The notes beneath the pieces are model-generated. The model saw only the letters and a program-made list of their open reading frames with translations. It did not search any database and had not been told where the DNA came from. A stretch of DNA of 63,856 nt from an uncultured Alphaproteobacteria bacterium (GTDB lineage Bacteria > Pseudomonadota > Alphaproteobacteria > RF32 > CAG-239): NCBI GenBank assembly GCA_944392205.1, contig CALXVV010000028.1:1-63856 (forward strand). The letters run 5' to 3'. The position numbers and the translations under genes are program-made. Within the stretch, counting starts at the first letter, position 1; each line of letters begins with the position of its first letter. Below, piece by piece: positions 10,634-19,775 of the stretch.

Positions 10634-11175
10634 TTTTTCTTATACCTCCGAATCTCACCCATACCAAGAGCAAACAAGGCTGCGAGCACCACAATCCAAA
10701 CCGCGCTTAAGTTAAAGACCCCAAGCAAGATGAGGGCGCCGACAAATATGGCCACGCTTTGATAGCCGCTCACATTTTTCTTCCAAAGCCCGTAGACAAT
10801 ATCGGCAATCAAAGCCACCACGCAGATTCTAATCCCGGCAAAAGCATAGGCCACATAGCGGTTATGCATATAGCGGGAAAGCACCGCGGCAATCAAACAA
10901 ATAATGATAAGCGAAGGCAAAATCATACCCAAAGTGGCAAAAACAGCACCCCAAACACCCTTTTGCCGATACCCGATAAAGGTTGCCACATTAACGGCAA
11001 TAATCCCCGGCGTACACTGACCGATAGAATATAAATCCAAGAGTTCTTCCTCGCTCAAAAATCGGCGTCTGATAACGACCTCATCTCGCAAAAGCGGCAA
11101 CATGGCATAGCCTCCGCCAAACGTAAACAAGCCGATTTTGAAAAACAGCATGAGTAAATCAATTAAACTTCGCAT
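10630..11175 (-). CDS. Short-chain chromate transporter (CHR family), first subunit
   Basis: FFKIGLFTFGGGYAM and GQCTPG. Overlaps the paralogue by 4 bp. Confidence 0.9.
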   Translation of the reverse strand: MRSLIDLLMLFFKIGLFTFGGGYAMLPLLRDEVVIRRRFLSEEELLDLYSIGQCTPGIIAVNVATFIGYRQKGVWGAVFATLGMILPSLIIICLIAAVLSRYMHNRYVAYAFAGIRICVVALIADIVYGLWKKNVSGYQSVAIFVGALILLGVFNLSAVWIVVLAALFALGMGEIRRYKKK

Positions 11176-11259
11176 AATTTTCCGTTTTTGATTGTTAAAT
11201 ACCTTAAACGCGACTATATTTAATTTAGTTTTACATATAGTTAAAATCGAGTAGCCAAA

Positions 11260-12381
11260 ATGATTATTGCCGTCTTAAAAGAAATCACCGCCGGGGAGCA
11301 ACGAGTTGCCGCCACCCCTGAAACCGTCAAAAAATATACAGACCTTGGTTTTAAGGTCAGAGTCGAAACCAATGCCGGACTTGCGGCCGGTTTTGATGAT
11401 GAAAGCTACCTGGCCGCCAGTGCAGAAATAGCAAAAACGCCGGAGCAAACAACCAAAGGTGCAGATATCATCATCAAAATTCATGCCCCCTTGGTTTCAG
11501 AGGATTCGCTGTTTTGCAAAGGACAAAACATCATTGCCAACTTTGATGCCTTATCACAAAAAGAGCGGATTAAAACCATTGCTGCCCTTGGGGCTAATGC
11601 CTTTGCTCTAGAGCTCTTGCCACGCATTTCCCGCGCTCAAAGCATGGATATCTTATCTTCCCAAAGCAATTTGGCCGGCTACAAAGCGGTTATAGAGACA
11701 TTCAACCTTTTGCCCAAAGCCGCCCCGCTGTTGATGACTGCGGCAGGCACCAATGCCCCGGCCAGAGTTTTGGTTTTAGGTGCCGGCGTCGCCGGTCTGC
11801 AAGCCATTGCCACCGCCAAAAGATTAGGCGCCGTAGTCTATGCCTCAGACGTGAGAATAGCGGCCAAAGAACAAGTTGAATCTCTGGGGGCCAAGTTTGT
11901 GGAAGTTGCCGCGGATGAAGATATGGAAACCAACGGCGGCTACGCCAAAGAAGCCTCAAAAGACTACCTCAAACGCCAAAAAGAGGCCCTAACCGAGAGG
12001 CTAAAGCAAACCGATATTGCCATCACCACCGCGCTTATCCCCGGCAAACCGGCACCAAAATTAATTGATGCGAAGATGCTAAAGCAAATGCCCAAAGGCT
12101 CGGTTGTGGTTGATATGGCTGCAAATTCCGGCGGCAATGTTGAGGGTAGCAAAAAAGATTCCCTAATTGATATTGATGGCATCAGAGTTTTGGGCAACAG
12201 TAACTTGGCCTCAAGCATACCCTATTCTGCCAGCCAGCTGTTTGCCAAAAACATTTTTAATTTTTTGAATGCGCAATACGATAAAGAGAAAAAAGAATTA
12301 AAATTTAATTTTGATGATGACCTGGTATCTCAAACCTGCATTTGCCGCAATGGTCAATATTTGTTGGAGGATAGAAAATAA
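11260..12381 (+). CDS. pntA: NAD(P) transhydrogenase alpha subunit part 1
   Basis: [38 protein letters not shown] and TTALIPG. Confidence 0.95.
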   Translation: MIIAVLKEITAGEQRVAATPETVKKYTDLGFKVRVETNAGLAAGFDDESYLAASAEIAKTPEQTTKGADIIIKIHAPLVSEDSLFCKGQNIIANFDALSQKERIKTIAALGANAFALELLPRISRAQSMDILSSQSNLAGYKAVIETFNLLPKAAPLLMTAAGTNAPARVLVLGAGVAGLQAIATAKRLGAVVYASDVRIAAKEQVESLGAKFVEVAADEDMETNGGYAKEASKDYLKRQKEALTERLKQTDIAITTALIPGKPAPKLIDAKMLKQMPKGSVVVDMAANSGGNVEGSKKDSLIDIDGIRVLGNSNLASSIPYSASQLFAKNIFNFLNAQYDKEKKELKFNFDDDLVSQTCICRNGQYLLEDRK

Positions 12382-12665
12382 TGGAAATTTGGATGCTTTT
12401 AACCATATTGGTCTTGGCGTGCTTTATCGGTTATTTTGTGGTTTGGGGTGTCACCCCGGCGCTTCACTCCCCGCTGATGAGCGTCTCCAATGCCATCTCC
12501 GGTATTGTTGTCATCGGCGCTTTGGTCACAGCCGGCGTGGCTGATGCAAGTATCGCAAAATTTTTGGGCTTAATTGCAGTGTTTTTGGCTTCCGTCAATA
12601 TTTTCGGCGGTTTTGCCGTCTCTCACCGCATGCTCCTGATGTTTAAGAAAAAGGAGAAAAAATAA
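12381..12665 (+). CDS. pntA: NAD(P) transhydrogenase alpha subunit part 2
   Basis: [18 protein letters not shown] and NIFGGF. Confidence 0.95.
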   Translation: MEIWMLLTILVLACFIGYFVVWGVTPALHSPLMSVSNAISGIVVIGALVTAGVADASIAKFLGLIAVFLASVNIFGGFAVSHRMLLMFKKKEKK

Positions 12666-14029
12666 TGTCTTGGTTGCTTCCTTTATCTTATATTTTATCG
12701 GGCAGTTTGTTTATATTTTCCATCCGTGGTCTGGCCTCTCCCAAAACTGCCCGGAGCGGAAACCTGCTTGGCATGCTGGGGATGATATTAGCTATTGCCG
12801 CCACCATGTTTTCTCCCCTGGTGAGTGATTGGCTGTTGCCTTTTGGCGTTATCTTGTTGGGCGGCATGGTTGGAACTTATAGTGCCTTAAAAGTCAAAAT
12901 GACTTCTTTGCCGCAAATGGTGGCAGCCTTCAACGGCTTAGGCGGTTTGTCATCGGTTTTTGTTGCTTTGGCAGAGATTATCTCTGGCTCAAGGGCTTAT
13001 TTAGACAACAGCATCGGGCTGATTATCGGTGCCGTTGCTTTCTCCGGCTCCATGGTTGCCTTTGCCAAACTGCAAGGGCTAATATCTGCCAAGGCTCTTA
13101 TATTTAAGGGACAACAATTCTTAAATCTGGTGTTAGCCGTTGCCATGTTTGGCTTGTGCGGATACTTCATTTGGAGTGGAGATTTGGAAATTTTCTATTA
13201 TCTGGCCGCACTGACAATTTTGCTTGGTGTCCTTTTGATTTTGCCCATTGGCGGAGCAGATATGCCGGTTGTCATTTCCATTCTCAATGCCTATTCCGGC
13301 TGGGCAGCGGTAGGCATTGGCTTTTCGCTTAACAATGTTTTGCTGATTATTGTCGGCGCCATTGTCGGTGCCAGCGGTGCAATCTTATCTTATATCATGG
13401 TGAAAGCCATGAACCGCTCTTTGTTGAGTGTAATGCTCGGCGGATTCGGGGCAGAAAAACAGGGGAGCACATCAGAACTTGGGCAAGACAAAACCGCTCG
13501 CTCGGGCAATCCGCAAGATGCCGCTTTCATTATGGAAAACGCCAATAAGGTCATCATTGTTCCTGGCTATGGCATGGCGGTTGCCCAGGCCCAGCATATC
13601 CTAAAAGAGATGGCCGAGGACTTGCACAAAATCTATGGTGTAGAGGTTAAATTTGCCATTCACCCTGTTGCCGGCCGCATGCCGGGCCACATGAATGTTT
13701 TGCTGGCAGAGGCCAATGTTCCATATGAAGATGTTTTTGAGCTAGAAGAGATAAACCGCGAATTTGCCACTGCTGATGTTGCTTATGTCATTGGCGCCAA
13801 CGATGTCACCAACCCCTTGGCCAAAACCGACCCCGGCTCTCCCATTTATGGCATGCCGGTTCTAGATGTTGAAAAAGCCAAGACCGTATTTTTTGTAAAA
13901 CGCTCTCTAAATAGCGGTTATTCCGGGGTTGAAAACCCGCTGTTCTTTGCCGAAAACACCATCATGCTTTATGGTGATGCCAAAAAAGTAACCGAGGAAA
14001 TTGTCGCCGCCCTGGAGCAAAACAAATGA
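12665..14029 (+). CDS. pntB: NAD(P) transhydrogenase beta subunit
   Basis: IGGADMPVVIS, VPGYGMAVAQAQ and HPVAGRMPGHMNVLLAEA. Confidence 0.97.
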   Translation: MSWLLPLSYILSGSLFIFSIRGLASPKTARSGNLLGMLGMILAIAATMFSPLVSDWLLPFGVILLGGMVGTYSALKVKMTSLPQMVAAFNGLGGLSSVFVALAEIISGSRAYLDNSIGLIIGAVAFSGSMVAFAKLQGLISAKALIFKGQQFLNLVLAVAMFGLCGYFIWSGDLEIFYYLAALTILLGVLLILPIGGADMPVVISILNAYSGWAAVGIGFSLNNVLLIIVGAIVGASGAILSYIMVKAMNRSLLSVMLGGFGAEKQGSTSELGQDKTARSGNPQDAAFIMENANKVIIVPGYGMAVAQAQHILKEMAEDLHKIYGVEVKFAIHPVAGRMPGHMNVLLAEANVPYEDVFELEEINREFATADVAYVIGANDVTNPLAKTDPGSPIYGMPVLDVEKAKTVFFVKRSLNSGYSGVENPLFFAENTIMLYGDAKKVTEEIVAALEQNK

Positions 14030-14496
14030 AAAAAAGGATGTTTACTTCCCCGCTGGGACCAATATGCCTCACAGAAGAAAACGGATTTTTAACCGGCGTT
14101 GGTTTTTGCGCCGCCAAAGCAGAGGCGGCAGAAGATAGTCCTTTGCTGGCGGAAGCGAAACGCCAATTGGATGAATATTTTTTAGGCCTCCGCCAAAATT
14201 TTGATTTGCCGCTAAACCCCAAGGGGACAGCTTTTCAGCAAAAAGTTTGGCAAGCATTATTGCAGATTCCCTATGGACAAACCGCAAGCTATAAAGAGAT
14301 TGCCTGCAAAATCGGCAATGAAAAAGCTTACCGCGCCGTAGGCCTTGCCAACCACAACAACCCCATTGGCATCATCATTCCCTGCCACCGAGTTGTGGGC
14401 ACAAACGGCTACCTCACCGGATATGCCGGCGGGCTTGAGAAAAAACAAAAATTACTGGAGCTGGAACAAAGAGTTATTTCAAACCAAAAGGCTTAA
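14026..14496 (+). CDS. ogt: Methylated-DNA--protein-cysteine methyltransferase
   Basis: GTAFQQKVW and IPCHRVVG active site. Confidence 0.95.
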   Translation: MKKRMFTSPLGPICLTEENGFLTGVGFCAAKAEAAEDSPLLAEAKRQLDEYFLGLRQNFDLPLNPKGTAFQQKVWQALLQIPYGQTASYKEIACKIGNEKAYRAVGLANHNNPIGIIIPCHRVVGTNGYLTGYAGGLEKKQKLLELEQRVISNQKA

Positions 14497-15688
14497 CCAC
14501 TCTCTCAAGCACACCCTGAGTTTTAGAGATTGCCACTCCATAGTTGGTAATCGGCACACCTCTGCGCACACATTCTTTGAGGCGCCTCAACATCTCCATA
14601 CGGTTGAGCATACAGGCTCCACAGTGAACAACTAAGGCATATTTTTCCAAATCCTCAGGAAAATCTCCGCCATGGCAAAACTCAAATTCCAGATTCTTAC
14701 CGGAATATTTCTTGAGCCAGTTGGGGATTTTCACTTTGCCGATATCATCATCCATTGCATGATGAGAACAAGCTTCAGCAATCAGGATTTTATCTCCGTC
14801 CTTGAGATCATCAATCGTCTTGGCACCGGCAAACATTGTTGGCAAATCACCTTTATTGCGGGCAAAAAGGATGGAAAATGTGGTAAGCGGGACATCAAGA
14901 GGCACAATCGGCGCCACCTTCATCACCACCTGAGAGTCTGTAATAACCAAAGCGGGTTTGGTTTTGAGCTGAGAAAGCATCTCCGAGAGCTCGCTTTCTT
15001 TAACAGCAATCGCTTTGGCGCCCTTATCCAAAACCTCACGCAACACCTGCACCTGCGGCAGGATTAAGCGCCCCTTGGGAGCAGAAAGGTCAATCGGCAC
15101 CACTAACAAAACGATATCTTTGGCCTCAAACAAATCTCCGGCCAAAAGCGGTTCTTTTTTCTGGTCTTCCGGCACCAAAGAGATAATAAGAGTTTTCAAA
15201 GCATCAAGATTATCATGAGCTGCCGCAGAAACGACCTCAAAAGGCACATTTTTAGCTCTGAGCCAAGCCAGATCAGCCTCTGCCGGAGCAGAGATGTCTT
15301 TTTTATTAAAAGCCACTGCCAAAGGAATTCTAAGAGCCAAAATATCTTCAATAATCTCTTTGTCTTTGGCCTGCAAACCATCTTCACCGACAACCGCCAC
15401 GGCAACATCTGAACGGCACAGAACTTTTTTAGTAGCTTTGATACGCTGTGCGCCCAATTCACCTTCATCATCAAGCCCGGCAGTATCAAAAAATGTCACC
15501 GGTCCCAGAGGCAAAAGTTCATAAGGTTTGGCCACGGCATCGGTTGTTGTTCCGGCTTGGGGCGAGACAATAGCCACTTCCTGCCCGCACAAGGCATTAA
15601 TCAAAGAAGATTTTCCGGCATTTCTGCGTCCGACAATACTGATAATCGTTCTCAAAGCTCGCGGTGTGGCGGCAGCATTTTCACTCAT
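14474..15688 (-). CDS. hydF: [FeFe]-hydrogenase H-cluster maturation GTPase HydF
   Basis: GRRNAGKSS, DTAG, NKKD, APKGRLILPQVQ, and EACSHH...HCGAC (CxH...HCxxC). Confidence 0.95.
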   Translation of the reverse strand: MSENAAATPRALRTIISIVGRRNAGKSSLINALCGQEVAIVSPQAGTTTDAVAKPYELLPLGPVTFFDTAGLDDEGELGAQRIKATKKVLCRSDVAVAVVGEDGLQAKDKEIIEDILALRIPLAVAFNKKDISAPAEADLAWLRAKNVPFEVVSAAAHDNLDALKTLIISLVPEDQKKEPLLAGDLFEAKDIVLLVVPIDLSAPKGRLILPQVQVLREVLDKGAKAIAVKESELSEMLSQLKTKPALVITDSQVVMKVAPIVPLDVPLTTFSILFARNKGDLPTMFAGAKTIDDLKDGDKILIAEACSHHAMDDDIGKVKIPNWLKKYSGKNLEFEFCHGGDFPEDLEKYALVVHCGACMLNRMEMLRRLKECVRRGVPITNYGVAISKTQGVLERVVKPFGLK

Positions 15689-15855
15689 TTAGCGGTTCTC
15701 CCCATTGAATTAGTATTAAAACATGACTATAACTTTTAGCAAGATTTGATAAGTGAATCAAGAATCACGAGCAAAAAATGCACCTCGTTTTTATCAATAA
15801 TTAAGTTTTTTAACCTAAAATACCGCAAGTTTTAATTTGAAAGACGGAATAAAAA

Positions 15856-17790
15856 ATGCATTCAATTCACGCTCTGATGATAGACCTGACGTTAATCACC
15901 ATCTACGCCGGTATCACCACGCTTATTTTTAAGAAACTGAAACAGCCGATTGTTTTGGGCTATATTTTGGCAGGTATCTTTGCAGGTCCGTTTTTCAACT
16001 TTGTTCCAACCGTAACTGATAAAGAAAACCTGACTCTCTGGGCGGATATCGGTGTTATATTTTTACTGTTTGGCTTAGGCCTGGAGTTTAGCTTTCGCAA
16101 GATGATAAATGTTGGCAAATCAGCGATGATAACCGGCATGGCCAACATTTTATTTATGCTCTTTTTAGGCTATAACACGGGCATTTTGCTTGGTTGGTCG
16201 GTAACAGACAGCTTTTTCTTGGGCAGCATGATATCCATGTCCTCCACCACCATCATCATCAAAGCCTTTGATGACTTAAATATCAGAAAACAAAAATTCA
16301 CCAGCCTGGTATTTGGCGTTTTGGTGGTTGAAGACATTGTCGGAATTTTGATGCTGGTTTTATTGCCGACCATTGCCTTAGGTAGTGCCATAGACAGTCA
16401 AGAACTGGCTGTTAGCACCTTAAAACTTGTATTCTTTTTAGTCTTGTGCTTCATTATCGGGATTTATTTGGTACCAACACTGTTAAAAAAGATCACGGAG
16501 TTTTTAAATGATGAGCTATTATTGCTCATCACCATAAGCCTTTGTTTCGGGATGGTTTTGCTGGCGACATACTCAGGCTTTTCAGCCGCCCTTGGCGCTT
16601 TCATCATGGGTTCCATTTTGGCGGAAACAGAAATTGTAGGACGCATAGAAAATGTCCTAAAACCGCTGAAAGACTTTTTTGGCGCAGTATTTTTTGTTTC
16701 TGTCGGCATGATGGTAGATCCCGGCATGTTCATCACTTATGCCTGGCCGATTTTAGTCATCACGTTTATCGTCATTGTCGGTAAAGTTCTGTTTTCTTGT
16801 TTGGGATTTTTGTTCTCCGGCCAAACCCTAAAAACAGCCATTCAGGGAGGTTTTTCTTTAGCGCAGGTTGGAGAATTTGCATTCATTATCGCCAGTCTTG
16901 GCATGAGCATCGGCGTGCTGGATGCTCGTGTATATCCGATTATTGTCGCCGTATCGGTCATCACCACCTTCTTAACCCCGATGATGATAAATTCAGCCGA
17001 TTCTGCCTATAAGAAGATATCTAAAATCATCCCCGAACAATGGGAAAAATACATCGAGCGCAACACCTCTCTGGCAAATGAGTCCAAAATGGAAGAACGC
17101 CGCTGGAAATTGTTGTTTAAGAACTATTCCTTGCGTTTAGTTTTGTTTTCCATGATATTGACAGGCATTTTAGGGCTTTCCATTTACTTCCTAAAACCAT
17201 TTTTAGACAACCTTCTGCCCAATTTGGCAGCGAGAATTTTAGCCACCATAATCACCTTTGCAGCCATGGCCCCATTCCTAAAAGCGCTGATTGGTTGGGA
17301 AGCAATATTGCCGATTTTCCTCAAAGAAAAAATAGCTGCCTTTCTGTGCAAGATTAGCGCTCGTTCTGCCGCTGAAAGCGAGGAAACCAAACGCGGCATC
17401 ATTCAAAAGATCGAGGACAAATTTGGCATTTGCCTTGTCGGCGATGAGACAGAGAATGCAAAAAACTTCTTTATTTCCAACCACAAAACGGCCGCTCTCT
17501 ACTACAAACTCTGGACGGCCAAAAAACTAAACCGTGTTCCACTGATGTTGCTCACCAGTTTCCGGCTTTTGGTTGTGTTATTTTTTATTGTCACCGGAGT
17601 GCATCAACTTCTGACCGAAGATCCACGGGTAACGCTGTTGATGGTTATTGGTTCGGTTTTAATACTTCTGCAATCTCGCTGGCTGTTTAACCAATACATG
17701 AAAATAGAGAGCCAGTTTTTAACCAACCTCAACGGCAATAAAAAAACGGAAGAAGAAAAAGATTCAACGGACGGAGAAGCAAAAGCATAA
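15856..17790 (+). CDS. CPA2 family cation:proton antiporter
   Basis: LKQPIVLGYILAG, LFGLGLEFS, SMSSTTII, DFFGAVFFVSVGM and QVGEFAFII. Confidence 0.9.
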   Translation: MHSIHALMIDLTLITIYAGITTLIFKKLKQPIVLGYILAGIFAGPFFNFVPTVTDKENLTLWADIGVIFLLFGLGLEFSFRKMINVGKSAMITGMANILFMLFLGYNTGILLGWSVTDSFFLGSMISMSSTTIIIKAFDDLNIRKQKFTSLVFGVLVVEDIVGILMLVLLPTIALGSAIDSQELAVSTLKLVFFLVLCFIIGIYLVPTLLKKITEFLNDELLLLITISLCFGMVLLATYSGFSAALGAFIMGSILAETEIVGRIENVLKPLKDFFGAVFFVSVGMMVDPGMFITYAWPILVITFIVIVGKVLFSCLGFLFSGQTLKTAIQGGFSLAQVGEFAFIIASLGMSIGVLDARVYPIIVAVSVITTFLTPMMINSADSAYKKISKIIPEQWEKYIERNTSLANESKMEERRWKLLFKNYSLRLVLFSMILTGILGLSIYFLKPFLDNLLPNLAARILATIITFAAMAPFLKALIGWEAILPIFLKEKIAAFLCKISARSAAESEETKRGIIQKIEDKFGICLVGDETENAKNFFISNHKTAALYYKLWTAKKLNRVPLMLLTSFRLLVVLFFIVTGVHQLLTEDPRVTLLMVIGSVLILLQSRWLFNQYMKIESQFLTNLNGNKKTEEEKDSTDGEAKA

Positions 17791-17802
17791 GATTCATGTT
17801 TT

Positions 17803-18069
17803 TGCCTGCCCCTTGTAGTGACCCCCTCCCTCGGGGGTTAAAATCCGCCTATCCTCAACAATTATAAAAAAGCCACCTATACAAGGTGGCTTTTTAGGAG
17901 GGATTGACTCTGCGCTTCGCTTGAGTTGCCTCTGCGGTGCTGCCCTTTGGGCACCGGCATACTTCCGTCTGCCTGCCCCTTGTAGTGAACCCCCTCCCTC
18001 GGGGGTTAAAATCCGCCCATCCTCAACAATTATAAAAAAGCCACCTAAATAAGGTGGCTTTTTTATAAT
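17803..18069 (-). repeat. tRNA-Ser-linked repeat (TRIP/rtT-like): duplicated terminator plus tRNA 3'-end fragments
   Basis: ~93-bp direct repeat at 17803-17895 and 17970-18063, each with a GCCACCT..AGGTGGC terminator. The T-arm copy is split at 17896-17905 / 17986-17994. Confidence 0.8.
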
Positions 18070-18161
18070 TGGCGGATGAGGAGGGATTTGAACCCCCGAT
18101 ACAGGTTTCCCCGTATACACGATTTCGAGTCGTGCGCATTCAGCCTCTCTGCCACTCATCC
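18070..18161 (-). tRNA. tRNA-Ser(CGA)
   Basis: GGATGAGTGGCAGAGAGGCTGAATGCG CACGA-CTCGAAA-TCGTG, long variable arm, GGTTCAAATCC and terminal GCCA. Confidence 0.95.
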
Positions 18162-18304
18162 AGTATATTTTCAAATTTCAAAATAATTTTTTGTTTCAAG
18201 TCTCAAACTGTTGCGCGCTCCTCCGGGCTAACGCCCTCTCGCGCTTAATTGGCTTGGCGTTCTTTCAGAGCCGCCGGCGCCGATCTCCGCTATAGCTACG
18301 ATTC

Positions 18305-18325
18305 CAGCCTCTCTGCCACTCATCC
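18305..18325 (-). repeat. Exact 21-bp copy of the tRNA-Ser 5' end
   Basis: cagcctctctgccactcatcc is identical to 18141-18161. Confidence 0.9.
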
Positions 18326-18392
18326 AAAGCATTTTATCTGGCCTCAGTATTAAAGGCATTATTTTTATTTTGCAAGCAGTTTTTGTAAAAAA

Positions 18393-18767
18393 CTATCTCT
18401 CGTTTTCCGGCCGAAGTTTCACATTAACCATATCCGGCAACACCTTAATAAAGAACCCAACGGCATTTAGCTCTTTTTGAATATCTGCCGGATAAACCCT
18501 GTTTAACCTGATCATGATTTCTTCCTTATCATGATATCCCAAGGCCTGCGGAGTCACGGCATCAACCAAGTCGTCAAAATTATCAAAAATCGCAATGCCG
18601 ACAACTTCACATTCAAGTTTTTCACCCGTTGCCGCATTTTGCATTTCCAAGATATCATGCAACTTGACTTGTTGCGCTTTTTTATCAAACAAATGTACGC
18701 CGATTTTGCGGCTTCCGCTTTTGATTTTGTTAAAAGAAAACTCATGAACGACCAAAGAATATTTCAT
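18393..18767 (-). CDS. ASCH/PUA-like domain protein
   Basis: FNKIKSGSRKIGVHLFDKKAQQVKLHDIL resembles the ASCH N-terminal pattern. GGAGG SD. Confidence 0.7.
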   Translation of the reverse strand: MKYSLVVHEFSFNKIKSGSRKIGVHLFDKKAQQVKLHDILEMQNAATGEKLECEVVGIAIFDNFDDLVDAVTPQALGYHDKEEIMIRLNRVYPADIQKELNAVGFFIKVLPDMVNVKLRPENER

Positions 18768-18818
18768 AATGCCTCCCAAAAAACTCGAGAGGCATTATAA
18801 CAAAAATTTCTAAAAAGT

Positions 18819-19688
18819 CTACAATCTCTCGATGAGTAAAAGAGCCGCACCGAGCATTCCGGCATTATTTTCAAAATGAGCCTGTTTCAAAACAAACGGT
18901 TGTGTCAAAATATCTTCATTGGCTTGTTTGTTAAGTTTTTCATACTCCACAAACTGTGCCATTGAGCCGGAGAGGACAATGACTTCAGGGTCAAAAATAT
19001 TTGCCATCATCACCAAGGTATTTTCCAAACATTCCTGCCAATGATCAAATGCCGCTCTAGCCTTTGGGTTACCCTCTTTTAGGCCGCGGATAACGTCATA
19101 GCTGGTGGCATCTGGCGCAAGATAAATCTTGGCATCGGTAGACAGAGCCGTACCCGAAACATAAGTCTCCAAACAATCCCAAAGTCCGCACCCGCATTGA
19201 CGCTCATGCCCAAAGCTAAAACGTACATGCATTTCACCGGCCGAGCCAGATTTGCCCTTGAGCAACTTGCCGTTAACAATAATACCAGACCCAACGCCTG
19301 TTCCCAAAGTTAAGATAACGGCATCTTTTGTGCCTTTAGCCGCACCGATTTTAAACTCCGCCCAAGCGGCGGCGTTAGCATCGTTTTCAAGCAAAATAGG
19401 TTTTTCCGTCAAAGACAAAAAGTCAGTTTCATCATAGCCCTCAGGCAAATTTCCGACCCGTCCGATGATTTTATTGTTTTCATTATTAACCGGGCCTGCG
19501 GTTGCAATGGCAACACCGTCGATTTCATCTTCAGAGCCTTTGATAACGGTTTTCAAAAGCTCATAAATACCGGAAGATGTTTTTGGTGTGGTAACCTTAA
19601 TAACTTCGTTGGTAAAATTTCCTTTTTCATCAATAATGGCATAAGCGATTTTAGTGCCGCCGATATCAAAAGCTAAAACTTTTTTCAT
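18819..19688 (-). CDS. ROK family sugar kinase (glucokinase-like)
   Basis: FDIGGTKI, ENDANAAAWAE, TLGTGVGSG and GEMH..CGCG..DCLE. Confidence 0.92.
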   Translation of the reverse strand: MKKVLAFDIGGTKIAYAIIDEKGNFTNEVIKVTTPKTSSGIYELLKTVIKGSEDEIDGVAIATAGPVNNENNKIIGRVGNLPEGYDETDFLSLTEKPILLENDANAAAWAEFKIGAAKGTKDAVILTLGTGVGSGIIVNGKLLKGKSGSAGEMHVRFSFGHERQCGCGLWDCLETYVSGTALSTDAKIYLAPDATSYDVIRGLKEGNPKARAAFDHWQECLENTLVMMANIFDPEVIVLSGSMAQFVEYEKLNKQANEDILTQPFVLKQAHFENNAGMLGAALLLIERL

Positions 19689-19775
19689 GTGAACCTTCCT
19701 TCAAGTAGAAATATAATCAATAAATCTGATTATAAAACGGTTTTACTAAAAAAGATTAAACTTTCCACCTCAAAA

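Noticed and set aside
17794-18174. 126-aa ORF with internal repeat
   Set aside because: Overlaps tRNA-Ser and its duplicated terminators; the peptide repeat merely reflects the DNA repeat.
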